Source: an uncultured Verrucomicrobiae bacterium (GTDB taxonomy: Bacteria; Verrucomicrobiota; Verrucomicrobiia; Palsa-1439). Taken from it: DNA of 64,000 nucleotides. The stretch lies in NCBI GenBank assembly GCA_963812605.1, contig CAWEWF010000001.1:64001-128000 (forward strand), given 5' to 3'. The notes below the pieces were generated by a model. That model was not told the DNA's origin. It was given only the letters and a program-made list of their open reading frames with translations, and made no database searches. Positions 42,321-52,345 of this stretch are shown one piece after another (the stretch's first letter is position 1; each line of letters begins with the position of its first letter). The position numbers and the translations under genes are program-made.

Positions 42321-42669
42321 GTGGCGCGGGCGTCTCGCCCGTGTCCTAAATCCATCTCTCGGCGTGCGAGGGATCTCCCGACCCCGCACCTCTCAGAAAT
42401 CTCCTCTCACCTCCGGGGGAGAGGATTAAGGTGAGGGGTTAAAAATGTGGGCTTCGACTTAAAAACGAACCCGATTGTAAAAACTCGTTCGTGCGTCCTA
42501 ACTCCCTGCCTTCCTGCTACATCCACACGAAATTCCACATCAGCCAATCGGGTTCGTTTCGCAGAAACACATGTTTCGAGGTCCTCCTTGTCCGCCAAAG
42601 CCTTGGCGGCGGCGGATTCCCCTTTGATATTCCCAGCCTTGAAAGTTGGACGTTGAGCGTTGAATGTTC
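42321..42669. repeat. Mosaic of miniature palindromic and tandem repeats
   Basis: GTGG-CGCGGGCG-tct-CGCCCGTG hairpin (42321); CCTCTCACCT...AGGTGAGGGG hairpin; 15-bp IR 42463/42545; TCCGCC..GGCGGA hairpin; four TTGRRNG heptamers (42639-42666). Confidence 0.65.
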
Positions 42670-42874
42670 ATCCGTTTGCCCGATCATACCCATCCCGAAA
42701 CACCGTGTCCAGCAAAATTATCGATTCCCGATTTAAAAATCGGCGCGGAGGGAGGTATTCTGAGCTCCGTTCCGAACACGAGATCTGAACGGCCACAAGT
42801 CGCAGCGGCGGTTAAAAATTAAAGTCGGCAAGAGCAGTACTTGCCAATCGGGCAGCGGTGCATAAGATTTTGTC

Positions 42875-42941
42875 TTCCGTAGTTTAGCTCGGTGTTCAAA
42901 CTCTCCGACGCTTGCTATTCTTTCCGCAGTTTAACTCCGTG
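42875..42941 (+). promoter_or_regulatory. Two candidate C-box operators flanking an extended -10 promoter of the C-R operon
   Basis: TTCCGTAGTTTAGCTCGGTG (42875-42894) and TTCCGCAGTTTAACTCCGTG (42922-42941), 17/20 identical, with TGcTATTCT between them. Confidence 0.6.
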
Positions 42942-43148
42942 CCAACGATACAGCAGAAATTAGGAAAGCGAATCGCCAATCTGCGACGTGATGCAGAGAT
43001 GACGCAAGCTCAGCTTGCTGAGGCCAGTGGCTATTCGGAAGATTTCATCGGGCTTGTCGAACGGGGCATAAACGCACCTTCGGTCGAGGGATTGGAGAAG
43101 ATCGCCAAATCTTTGAAGGTGGGAATGAAGAGCCTTTTCGATTTTTGA
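42939..43148 (+). CDS. XRE-family HTH controller (C protein) of the R-M system
   Basis: LGKRIANLR...MTQAQLAEASG...IGLVERG...PS...LEKIAKSL; GTG start; 4 nt before the R gene. Confidence 0.85.
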   Translation: MPTIQQKLGKRIANLRRDAEMTQAQLAEASGYSEDFIGLVERGINAPSVEGLEKIAKSLKVGMKSLFDF

Positions 43149-43152
43149 GGCC

Positions 43153-44043
43153 ATGGACTTTCTGCGCAAACCGCCGATTTTTGCCCGGCTTCGATCTGGC
43201 ATGGAGAGCGAAGTTAAGCGGTGCCAGGCCGTGAAAGGAGCAAAGCGCACAAAGACCGATCCAGTGAACAAACTACTATGGGGCAAGCTGTTCCCCGAAT
43301 TGATGGTAGAGCTGCAAGAAATGGCGGCCAAAGAGAAATGGAACGCCGAAACGCGCCTGGATGCGATGCTGCGGGTTTTTTATTGTAGCTTGGTGGTGAA
43401 CCTCGAAACGCGAAACAAGGTGGTGGCTTATGACTACATGGATTTCGCCCGTAGAATTGGAGAATTGTGGGAGGCTTTCTGCATGGTGTGTTGGGAAGCG
43501 CCCGTGAATCAGAAGCTGCGCCGCTTGAAGCCACAAATCTTTAAGTCGGTTAAGGAGGCGCTCCTCCGAGATTTTGCGGATCTCGCGAAAAGTGCCGGCC
43601 AAGCCAGAGCTGCTATTGTGCGAGAATACGAAAAAGCCATCGACCTACTGGGAAACATCAACCTCACAGAGGACGAGTATTGTGCTCTTGCAAAAAAGCG
43701 GTACGTGATCGACTTCAAGAGCGGGTTTGGCTCGAACGAGAAAGGCAATACGGAGCGGCTCTTAACGGTCGCAAAGATTTACCGTCTTCTGCCCGAAGAT
43801 CATACGTGCGTCCTTGCAGTCCGCTCAAAGGAGGACGAAGGGAATAACTACCTCCAAGTGCTTAAATCTTCCGGTCTTTGGACTGTCTATTGTGGGGCGG
43901 ATGCTTACGACTTTATGCGGTCTTTAACCGGATTCGACTTGGCCAGTTGGATCGGTAAGAACGTTTCGTTTCGCGAAGACATGGAAATAAAGGCGTATCG
44001 GCACTTGCATGCGCAAGATTTGACCAAGTATCTGACGTGGTAA
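43153..44043 (+). CDS. Putative type II restriction endonuclease (PD-(D/E)xK fold)
   Basis: IGELWE helix and ED.....VIDFKSGFGSNEKGN catalytic-like motif; lies between the C gene and a convergent MTase. Confidence 0.7.
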   Translation: MDFLRKPPIFARLRSGMESEVKRCQAVKGAKRTKTDPVNKLLWGKLFPELMVELQEMAAKEKWNAETRLDAMLRVFYCSLVVNLETRNKVVAYDYMDFARRIGELWEAFCMVCWEAPVNQKLRRLKPQIFKSVKEALLRDFADLAKSAGQARAAIVREYEKAIDLLGNINLTEDEYCALAKKRYVIDFKSGFGSNEKGNTERLLTVAKIYRLLPEDHTCVLAVRSKEDEGNNYLQVLKSSGLWTVYCGADAYDFMRSLTGFDLASWIGKNVSFREDMEIKAYRHLHAQDLTKYLTW

Positions 44044-44203
44044 GTTGCGAAGCGCCTCGACGGTAGAGTTCTGAAACGTAGTCATCTGACGCTGATTCTT
44101 CAGTCTCCGTGGAAAGGTCAAGCTTTCGTCTTCGAGCGATCAGTCTTCCAAAACCTCCAAGCTTGCGGATTTCATTCACGGAGGCGTTGGGCAGTGGCAA
44201 TTG

Positions 44204-45586
44204 CTAAAGATAGTTCGCAGAATTGTTCGCCGTAGGATTAATCGCCTCTTTCAACAGCCGCGATGCCATCGTGCTGTTCAAGATAGCCAATAGCGGGTAG
44301 AGCCATTCTCGTCGCAGTGGAAAAACGGCAACAACAGACTGATCAAAAACCCGTCTATCAAGCAGAAAGGCGTTGACTCGCGACGACGTGACCATGGGGA
44401 CACCGATCCCCTGCCGAAAATAGAACTGCGAGTTCTGGAAGCGCGCTTTCGTGTCTCTTTTGTAATGGGCAACGGCAGTTTTACTCCAGTTGATAGCCCA
44501 AATATCGGGCTGGCGGAATCTAAACGAGCCGCCCTTCACAATCGGAACCCAGTGCGCCCCCCTTGGACTCCCGCTCTGTTTTTCGCTAGAAGCGAGGGTG
44601 TGTCGACACAACGCCGTTGGGGCGACAGTTTCGCATTTCGACCGAGTGCCGCCGCCATTTGAGATGGCCCGAAGGAACCGTTTATTATCACCCGTGTAAA
44701 TCCCTGTCCTACACTCCGCCACATCGCCGACGTGAAGCTTCGAATTGCGGAGAATTGTTTCCAAGTCGGTTTCTCCGCTCGTCCAGATTCTCATACCGGG
44801 CCTTCTCAGCAATTTTCGCTGCGTAATCCTGAGTGCACTCGCAGAATCGCTGTGGGTTGCTAACTCGCTAAGCTCTCGGTCTGAGGAGATTGAGATCAAA
44901 CGTACCGCGTGTCCTTGAGCGGGCGTGCCTGATGGCTTTTTGAGCGTAATGACGCACAAACCTGCATAGCCGAAGCTCACTCCTGGGAACAACTTGGAGG
45001 GGAAAGACAGAATTTCCAAAATCTCAGTGCTCTTCAGAAGCAACTCTCTCAACGGGCGATGAACAGCAACGGCGAGAAACGTATCGGGCACGACAAATGT
45101 GAGAATGCCTTCGATTTCTAATAGCTCAAGACAGCGAAGAATGAATAGCGTGTAAGTCTCCCGAACATGAAAGCCCGGAAATTTCTTCTTCAATGAAGCT
45201 CGGGTTTCGTAATCGAGCCACCCGCCGTACGGAGGATTACCAAGTATGCGGTCAAACCGCTCAGGAAAATGAGCGATCCTGAATCGACCTTCGTGTCCAC
45301 AAAGCTGATCCAAAATAGTGTCGGCTTCCAGAGCGCGAATCGTCCCACTGTACTTTCGGAGAAGTAGTTCGATCATTTGCGGATTCTTGTCGATGCAGAA
45401 GATTCTCAAACTCAAGCGCGCCTGGAGCAGCGCTTCTACAAATGCGCCGTCTCCTGCCGCTGGTTCTAACACGCTTTGCCCATCACGCAGATTTAGCTTT
45501 CCTAGCATGTATTGGCGGATTGGGTCTGATTGCGTGTAGTACGAACAGAACACATTCTGCTGCCGGTCAATCGTGGTTCTTGACAT
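44204..45586 (-). CDS. N6-adenine DNA methyltransferase (gamma class, TaqI/Eco57I-like) with a probably premature in-frame TAG
   Basis: YYT, LEPAAGDGAF, ILGNPPYGG, FVVPDTFL, TaqI-C-like TRD; the frame continues NYL*QLPLP past the stop. Confidence 0.88.
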   Translation of the reverse strand: MSRTTIDRQQNVFCSYYTQSDPIRQYMLGKLNLRDGQSVLEPAAGDGAFVEALLQARLSLRIFCIDKNPQMIELLLRKYSGTIRALEADTILDQLCGHEGRFRIAHFPERFDRILGNPPYGGWLDYETRASLKKKFPGFHVRETYTLFILRCLELLEIEGILTFVVPDTFLAVAVHRPLRELLLKSTEILEILSFPSKLFPGVSFGYAGLCVITLKKPSGTPAQGHAVRLISISSDRELSELATHSDSASALRITQRKLLRRPGMRIWTSGETDLETILRNSKLHVGDVAECRTGIYTGDNKRFLRAISNGGGTRSKCETVAPTALCRHTLASSEKQSGSPRGAHWVPIVKGGSFRFRQPDIWAINWSKTAVAHYKRDTKARFQNSQFYFRQGIGVPMVTSSRVNAFLLDRRVFDQSVVAVFPLRREWLYPLLAILNSTMASRLLKEAINPTANNSANYL

Positions 45587-45594
45587 GTCAACTC

Positions 45595-45630
45595 ACACTA
45601 GTTAAAACGCATCCCGTAGTCAAGCTACGG
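45595..45630 (-). promoter_or_regulatory. MTase promoter with its -35 inside a palindromic operator
   Basis: Minus strand TTGACT-17 nt-TAGTGT, 8 nt before the ATG; palindrome CCGTAG-tcaag-CTACGG at 45614-45630. Confidence 0.65.
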
Positions 45631-45675
45631 TTCGTGTTCTTGCCCGCCCATCCCCATACCATGTCTGTCCCTCCA

Positions 45676-45742
45676 TTGAATTTCCCTTGATGCCTGCTAT
45701 ACTCTCGCGCTGTTCGCAGGTTAACCCCGAAAGCTTTCGGGG
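45676..45742 (+). promoter_or_regulatory. Putative mnmE promoter plus an 18-bp palindrome in the 5' UTR
   Basis: TTGAAT-16 nt-TATACT (TG-extended); CCCCGAAAGCTTTCGGGG at 45725-45742. Confidence 0.55.
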
Positions 45743-45757
45743 GGCGAGGCAGAATTC

Positions 45758-47121
45758 ATGGACGACACGATTGCGGCAATTTCCACTCCGATTGGTGAAG
45801 GCGGTATCGCCATCATTCGCGTTTCGGGGCCAAACGCTTTGACGGTGGCAGATCGCATCTTCCACTCCCGCGACGGTAGGGTCACTGAGTTCCCCTCGCA
45901 TACGCTTCATTTTGGGACCATTGGACGCAACGGGGAAATGATCGATCAGGTTATGCTGGGGGTCTTGCGGGCACCGCGAACCTATACCAAGGAAGACACT
46001 GTTGAAATCAATTGCCACGGCGGGGTGCTTACGGCTCGCAAGATTCTCGCGCTCTGCCTCCAAAGCGGCGCCCGCCTCGCGGAACCTGGCGAATTCACCA
46101 AGCGGGCGTTTCTGAACGGCCGTCTCGACCTCACGCAAGCGGAAGCGGTCATGGACCTGATTCGCGCAAAGTCGGACCGCGCCCATACCGCCGCCGTTCA
46201 CGAATTAGAAGGCCATCTTTCGAAAAAAATCGATGAAGCCCGGGAGAAACTTATCACCATCCTCGCGCACATCGAGGCCCACATCGATTTTCCCGAAGAA
46301 GACATCGCCCCGGAGACAAGAGAAACACTGCTTCGCGACACCGAGTCCGTTTTGACGTTCGTCCGTTCTCTGCTCGCCACCGCTCGCGAAGGAAGGATTT
46401 TGCGAGAAGGCATTTCTGTCGCCATCGTTGGCCGGCCTAACGTCGGCAAGTCCAGTTTGCTGAATGCCTTGGTCGGCACGGACCGCTCCATCGTCACGCC
46501 AATTCCTGGCACGACGCGCGATACCATTGAAGAGTCGGCGAGCATTTCTGGAATTCCTTTTCGACTTACCGATACAGCGGGTATACGGAAGACCCGCGGC
46601 GCTGCGGAGCAGATCGGCGTGGAGCGCAGCCGCAAAATATTGGACATCAGTGAGATCGTATTGTTGGTGCTGGATTCATCGAAACCGCTTACTGCCGCGG
46701 ATCGTGAACTTGCCAGGCAGAGCCAGGGAAAGAATACCCTCTTGGTTCTGAATAAAGTCGATCTCCCGAATCGCTTGCGCCTACCAGATGGTTTGGCGAG
46801 AGTTGAGAGCGTTAAAGTATCAGCAACCAATGGCGCGGGGCTCGACGCTCTTCGCGATAAACTGGTGAGCCTTGCCTATTCCGGAAAGGTTGGTACAACT
46901 GACGTCGACGTGGCAATTAACGAAAGACAAAGCTGCTCTGCTCGAATCCTCTGACGAAATACTTGACAGAATGTATTATATTATTTAAAGCCAAGCAACC
47001 CCTTGAAATTGTTGCCCAGCAACTCCGCCGAAGTCTGCACGCGATAGGCGAGATTACCGGTAAGACGGCTACTGAAGACGTGTTGAATAAAATCTTCAGC
47101 ACATTCTGCATCGGAAAATGA
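45758..47121 (+). CDS. mnmE: tRNA modification GTPase MnmE, frameshifted near 46930-46950
   Basis: DTIAAISTP, EINCHGG, GEFTKRAFLNGRLDL, GRPNVGKSS, DTAGIR, NKVD; C-terminal IFSTFCIGK* in a second frame. Confidence 0.93.
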
Positions 47122-48949
47122 GCAGCACCTTTACTTACCCGAAGCGTTACGACGTCATTGTGATTGGTGCTGGTCACGCAGGTACGGAGGCAGCTCTCGC
47201 CAGCGCGCGCATCGGGTGCCAGACGTTATTGCTCACCACCAATCTGGATACCATCGGCCAGATGTCCTGCAACCCGGCGATCGGCGGACTCGCGAAGGGC
47301 CATCTGGCCAGGGAGATCGACGCCCTCGGCGGTGAGATGGGCGTCAACACCGATGCTACTGGCATCCAGTTTCGGATGCTCAACACGAAGAAGGGTCCTT
47401 CGGTATGGGCACCGCGCGCCCAGTGCGACAAGAAGGCTTATCAATTCAGGCTGAAGTGGGTAGTCGAGAAGCAGCCGAATCTGGATGTGAAGCAGGCGAT
47501 GATCGATGATTTGGTCGTCGAGGGCGACAGAGTTTGCGGCGTCATAACCAAAATGGGTGTCCGCTACGATGCGGGAGCCGTCATCGTCACCACGGGAACA
47601 TTCCTCCGCGGTCTGATCCACATCGGCGAATCGAAGATGGAAGCTGGCCGTGCTGGCGAGCCGGCGGCGTATTCGCTATCGGATACCCTGCGCCGGACTC
47701 GGATTTGAACTTGGACGCTTAAAAACAGGCACGCCCGCCAGGTTAAACCGGCGCTCCATCGACTTCTCCAAAATGGATCTTCAGCCAGGGGACGACCCAA
47801 TTCCATTTTTCTCCTACCGTACGCCGCGAACGTTCCACGTGGAACAATTGCCCTGTTACCTGACCTACACCACCGAGAAAACCCGTGAGAGTCATTCAGG
47901 CCAACCTCCATCGGTCGCCAATGTACTCGGGACAGATTCAAGGAGTCGGCCCGCGATATTGCCCATCCATCGAAGACAAATTCGTCAAATTCGCCGAAAA
48001 AGAGCGCCATCAGATCTTCTTGGAGCCCGAAGGTCGCGGAACGGACGAATTCTACGTAAACGGCGCTTCCACGAGCCTCCCAGAGGACGTTCAATTGCTG
48101 ATGATCCAGACAATTGTCGGCCTCGAGAACGCGCAGATCATGCGCCCCGCTTACGCAGTCGAATACGATTACAGTCTCCCTCATCAGCTTCACCCGACGA
48201 TGGAGACGAAGCTGATTGAAAACCTCTACTTCGCCGGACAGATCAACGGCACCTCTGGATACGAAGAGGCTGGTGCCCAAGGTCTTGTCGCCGGCATCAA
48301 CGCCGCACTGAAAGCGCAAATCCAGCAAAGAGCTAATACTGACGCGTGCAGATAGTTACATCTGGTGTATTGATAGACGACCTGATCACCAAAAGCACTG
48401 ATGAACCCTACCGCATGTTCACTTCCCGCGCTGAATATCGGCTTCTGCTACGCCAAGACAACGCCGATCTTCGCCTCACGCCTCTCGGCCGCAAGGCCGG
48501 TTTGGTTTCCGATGAACACTGGGCGTTGTTCGAACAAAAACGCCAGAGCATCGAGCATGAGATTGACCGACTGCGTAAATCGCGCGACGGATCTTTCACG
48601 TACGCCGAAATTCTTCGACGGCCGGAAGTCGTGTACAATTCACTCCCGATAGCCAACAAGAATCTCCCAGACGACGTTACCCAGGAAGTTGAGATTCAAC
48701 TGAAGTACGAGGGCTACATTGCCCGCGACCTCGAACAAATTGAACGGTTCCACAAGCTTGAAAATAAAAGCCTTCCAGGCTGGTTGGATTATGAAAAGAT
48801 CGCTGCGCTGCGATTTGAATCGCGGCAGAAATTAACTCGCTACCGACCCGATTCGATTGGCCAGGCCTCCCGGATTCCCGGTGTCACGCCTGCCGACATC
48901 GCCATCCTTCTCGTCTGGATCAAGCGAGCTGGGAAGCGCGGCCGCTTAG
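47118..48949 (+). CDS. mnmG: tRNA uridine-5-carboxymethylaminomethyl modification enzyme MnmG (GidA), split by several indels; 3' end approximate
   Basis: [73 protein letters not shown] across four ORFs. Confidence 0.93.
47831..47846. other. parS: parS centromere-like site
   Basis: CGTTCCACGTGGAACA: 14-bp perfect palindrome matching the parS consensus, inside mnmG (TFHVEQ). Confidence 0.85.
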
Positions 48950-50121
48950 GCCGTCTTCCGATCCTTCAGGATCATCCGCCGGAATTCTTCAAACAACATA
49001 TCCGCGTCGTGCGGCCCCGGCGATGCCTCGGGATGATACTGAACGCTGAAAATCGGCAGCTTCTTGTGCCGCATCCCCTCGACTGTCTGGTCATTCAGGT
49101 TAATCTGCGAGATTTGTAGGTCATTTTGATTCAGGCTCTGGGGGTCAACAGCGAATCCGTGATTTTGCGAAGTAATTGATACTTTGCCACTTACAACGTC
49201 CTTCACTGGCTGGTTCGCTCCGCGATGTCCGAATTTCAACTTAAACGTCCTGCCTCCAAAAGCGAATCCCAGTATCTGATGCCCCAGGCAAATCCCAAAA
49301 ATCGGAACTTCACTTATAAGATCGCGCACGGCCTCGTGAGCATAATCCAAGGCTTCAGGATCGCCAGGCCCGTTGGATAGAAACACGCCCCGTGGTTCAT
49401 ACTTCATCACTTCCTCAGCCTTGGCGGTCGCCGGCACGACCTGAACGCGGAAGCCATGCTGCCGCAGTTTACGAAGGATGTTATACTTGATGCCGAAGTC
49501 GAATGCCACAATCGGGATGTCGGCCTCCGGCAATTTGGTCGCATACTCCATTTTACCATTGGCCATGTGATCAATCTTCCACCCGTGGCTGAGATCATCT
49601 TGCGGGTCCCAAGCGAACGCCTGCCGATGCGTAACTTCCTTCACGTAATCTACGCCAACGATCCCTTTCCACTCGCTCGCGCGTGCCACCGCTTCTTTGT
49701 CGCCAAGCCCCTCGGTCGATATGCAGGACTTCATAGCACCCTTGACACGCAATATTTTTGTCAAGGAACGCGTATCAATTCCTTGAACCCCGGCGATTTT
49801 ATATTTCTCAAGATACTTGGGCAGAGAATCTTGCGCACGCCAATTGGATACAATTCCCGAAAGCTCTCGGACAACAAACCCGGAAACGTGCGGTCGCCAG
49901 CTCTCCACGTCCGCGGGATTGACCCCGTAGTTCCCAATCTGGGGATAGGTCATCGCGACGATCTGGCCTTTATAGGACGGGTCGGTCAGGATTTCCTGGT
50001 AACCCGTCATCGAAGTATTGAAGACGGCTTCGCCACAAGCCGTACCTTTGGCGCCAAAACCGACGCCACGGTAGACCGTGCCATCTTCCAGTGCGAAAAC
50101 TCCCTCCAGTTCCGTCGTCAT
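48946..50121 (-). CDS. carA: Carbamoyl-phosphate synthase small subunit
   Basis: GEAVFNTSMTGYQEILTDPSY, LSNGPGDP, GICLGHQ, QYHPEASPGPHD. Confidence 0.97.
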   Translation of the reverse strand: MTTELEGVFALEDGTVYRGVGFGAKGTACGEAVFNTSMTGYQEILTDPSYKGQIVAMTYPQIGNYGVNPADVESWRPHVSGFVVRELSGIVSNWRAQDSLPKYLEKYKIAGVQGIDTRSLTKILRVKGAMKSCISTEGLGDKEAVARASEWKGIVGVDYVKEVTHRQAFAWDPQDDLSHGWKIDHMANGKMEYATKLPEADIPIVAFDFGIKYNILRKLRQHGFRVQVVPATAKAEEVMKYEPRGVFLSNGPGDPEALDYAHEAVRDLISEVPIFGICLGHQILGFAFGGRTFKLKFGHRGANQPVKDVVSGKVSITSQNHGFAVDPQSLNQNDLQISQINLNDQTVEGMRHKKLPIFSVQYHPEASPGPHDADMLFEEFRRMILKDRKTA

Positions 50122-51398
50122 TTCGATTGTTTCTCGGTCTCGCGCCAAACGACTTTACCCTTCACGATCGTTGCCAATGCCCGCCCGCGAAGTTTCCATC
50201 CGTGAAATGGTGAATTGCGTGACTTGCTCGCCGACTGCGCGACATCGTAGATCCACTCGCGTTCCGGGTCAATAATGGTGATGTTCGCATCCGCATTGAC
50301 CGAAAGAGTTCCTTCTTGCAAGCGCAGCAGGCGCGCCGGGTTCACCGTGAATTTTTCGACGAGCGCCCGCAGATTGAGAACTTTCTTCCGGACGAGTTCG
50401 AGGGAAAGCGCCAACTCCGTTTCCAAGCCGATAATTCCAAACGGCGCGATATCAAACTCCACTTCCTTCTCGTACGTGCAATGCGGCGCGTGATCGCTGC
50501 CGATAATCTCCAGCGTGCCGTCCGCAAGTCCCGCCAGGAGCGCATCACGATCGCGTTCCGTGCGCAAAGGAGGATTCATCTTGTAATTCGTGTCGTAGTT
50601 CTTCACGCATTCTTCCGTCAACGTAAAGTGATGCGGGCAGGCTTCGCCGGAAATTTTGATGCCGCGCTTTTTTGCCTGGCGGATGAGTTCTACCGAACGC
50701 GCCGAGGAAACGTGCTGGCAGTGGATATGCCAATCCACTTGCTCGGCGATCAAAATATTTCGCGCCACGATCACGTCTTCGCCAATCGACGGCCAACCGC
50801 GCAGCCCGAGCGCCGCGCTCCAATGGCCTTCGTTCATTACGCCGTCCGCGGCCAGGTTGTAATCCTGGCAATGATCGAGCACAGGAAGGTCGAACATTTT
50901 CGCGTACTCAACCGCCCGCCGCATCAGCTCGTTGTTCTGCACACAATGGCCATCGTCGGTGATGGCCACCACGCCGGCTTTCTTCAGCGACCCGATCGGG
51001 GCCAACTCTTCCCCCTTGAGTTCCTTCGTGATCGCGCCCGTTGGAAATACATTCACGCAGGCAACTTCCGCGGCGCGCTGTTTCATGAACGCGATCGTGC
51101 CGGTGTTGTCCGCCGCCGGCGTTGTATTGGGCATGCAGACCACCGAAGTGAAACCGCCGCGCGCCGCGCAAAGTGTTCCCGTCGCAAACGTCTCCTTGTC
51201 GCTCCGTCCCGGCTCGCGCAAATGTACATGCATATCGATCAACCCGGGCGTGACAATCTTGCCCGTGGCGTCGATCACGTCCGCGCCTTTTGCCGCAACA
51301 CCGGCAATCTTGCCATCGACAACGAACACGTCGCGCACTTCGTCCACGTTGTTTGCGGGGTCGATCACGCGGCCGTTTTTGATTACCAGGGAGTTCAT
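50118..51398 (-). CDS. pyrC: Dihydroorotase
   Basis: [35 protein letters not shown]. Confidence 0.95.
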   Translation of the reverse strand: MNSLVIKNGRVIDPANNVDEVRDVFVVDGKIAGVAAKGADVIDATGKIVTPGLIDMHVHLREPGRSDKETFATGTLCAARGGFTSVVCMPNTTPAADNTGTIAFMKQRAAEVACVNVFPTGAITKELKGEELAPIGSLKKAGVVAITDDGHCVQNNELMRRAVEYAKMFDLPVLDHCQDYNLAADGVMNEGHWSAALGLRGWPSIGEDVIVARNILIAEQVDWHIHCQHVSSARSVELIRQAKKRGIKISGEACPHHFTLTEECVKNYDTNYKMNPPLRTERDRDALLAGLADGTLEIIGSDHAPHCTYEKEVEFDIAPFGIIGLETELALSLELVRKKVLNLRALVEKFTVNPARLLRLQEGTLSVNADANITIIDPEREWIYDVAQSASKSRNSPFHGWKLRGRALATIVKGKVVWRETEKQSK

Positions 51399-52345
51399 TC
51401 CGCGCCCTCCGCGGAATGTTTTCCGCCCGCGCAGAGAAACAGCACGGCCATGCGGACGGCCAGACCATTCGTGACCTGTTCCAAAATCACCGAGCGCCCG
51501 CAATCGGCAATTTCACTGTCGATTTCAACACCGCGATTGATGGGTCCGGGGTGCATGATCATGGCCTCTGGCTTCGTGCGCGCAAACCGCTCTTTGTTCA
51601 GGCCAAACATCGCCGCGTATTCGCCGATGCCCGGGAACATTGTCAGCCGCTGACGCTCGTGCTGAATGCGCAGCAGATTGATCACGTCCGCGTCGCGAAT
51701 CGCTTCGTCAATGTCGTAAGTCACGCGGCAACCGAATTCCTCGAACACGCGCGGCACCAGCGTCGACGGTCCCGCCAGGGTGACGCGCGCGCCGAGTTTG
51801 GTGAGCAACCAGATATTCGAGCGGGCGACGCGCGAATACAGGATGTCGCCGAGAATCGTCACGTTGAGTCCCGCAATGCGCCCCTTCTTCTCGCGAATCG
51901 TGAACGCGTCGAGCAACGCCTGCGTCGGATGTTCGTGGGCCCCGTCGCCCGCGTTGATCACGCTGGCCTTCAGCAGTCGCGAGAGAAAATGCGGCGCGCC
52001 CGCCGCCGAGTGACGAATGACGATGATGTCGGTGTTCAACGCCTGGAGATTCAGCGCGGTGTCCTTGAGCGTTTCGCCCTTGACGATGCTCGAGGCGGAC
52101 GTCGTGATATTGATCACGTCGGCCGAGAGCCGTTTCGCCGCCAACTCGAAACTCGTGCGCGTCCGCGTCGACGGCTCGATAAATAGGTTCACCATCGTCT
52201 TGCCGCGCAGCGACGGCACTTTCTTGACCGCGCGCTGGCCGACCTGCTTGAACGCCGCCGCCGTGTCGAGCAGGCAATTGATCTCGTCCACCGTCAGGTC
52301 TTGGATCCCGAGCAGGTCCTTGTGGTTCCACGCGGTGGTCGTCAT
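51395..52345 (-). CDS. pyrB: Aspartate carbamoyltransferase catalytic subunit
   Basis: [35 protein letters not shown]. Confidence 0.97.
   Translation of the reverse strand: MTTTAWNHKDLLGIQDLTVDEINCLLDTAAAFKQVGQRAVKKVPSLRGKTMVNLFIEPSTRTRTSFELAAKRLSADVINITTSASSIVKGETLKDTALNLQALNTDIIVIRHSAAGAPHFLSRLLKASVINAGDGAHEHPTQALLDAFTIREKKGRIAGLNVTILGDILYSRVARSNIWLLTKLGARVTLAGPSTLVPRVFEEFGCRVTYDIDEAIRDADVINLLRIQHERQRLTMFPGIGEYAAMFGLNKERFARTKPEAMIMHPGPINRGVEIDSEIADCGRSVILEQVTNGLAVRMAVLFLCAGGKHSAEGAE

Noticed and set aside
44204-44206. Genome-wide TAG recoding or pyrrolysine
   Set aside because: TAG ends several clearly complete genes here (plsX, permease at 8687, TolC at 57495), and no pyl genes are visible.
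45590-45757. oriC upstream of mnmE
   Set aside because: No TTATCCACA-type DnaA boxes or AT-rich unwinding element; the region is explained by two divergent promoters.
47690-48360. Programmed ribosomal frameshifting in mnmG
   Set aside because: Multiple shifts with no slippery heptamer or stimulatory structure; sequencing indels are simpler.
48946-49119. Real 170-bp convergent overlap between mnmG and carA
   Set aside because: MnmG homology ends near LLVWIKR; an out-of-frame TAG at 48947-48949 suggests an indel hid the true stop.
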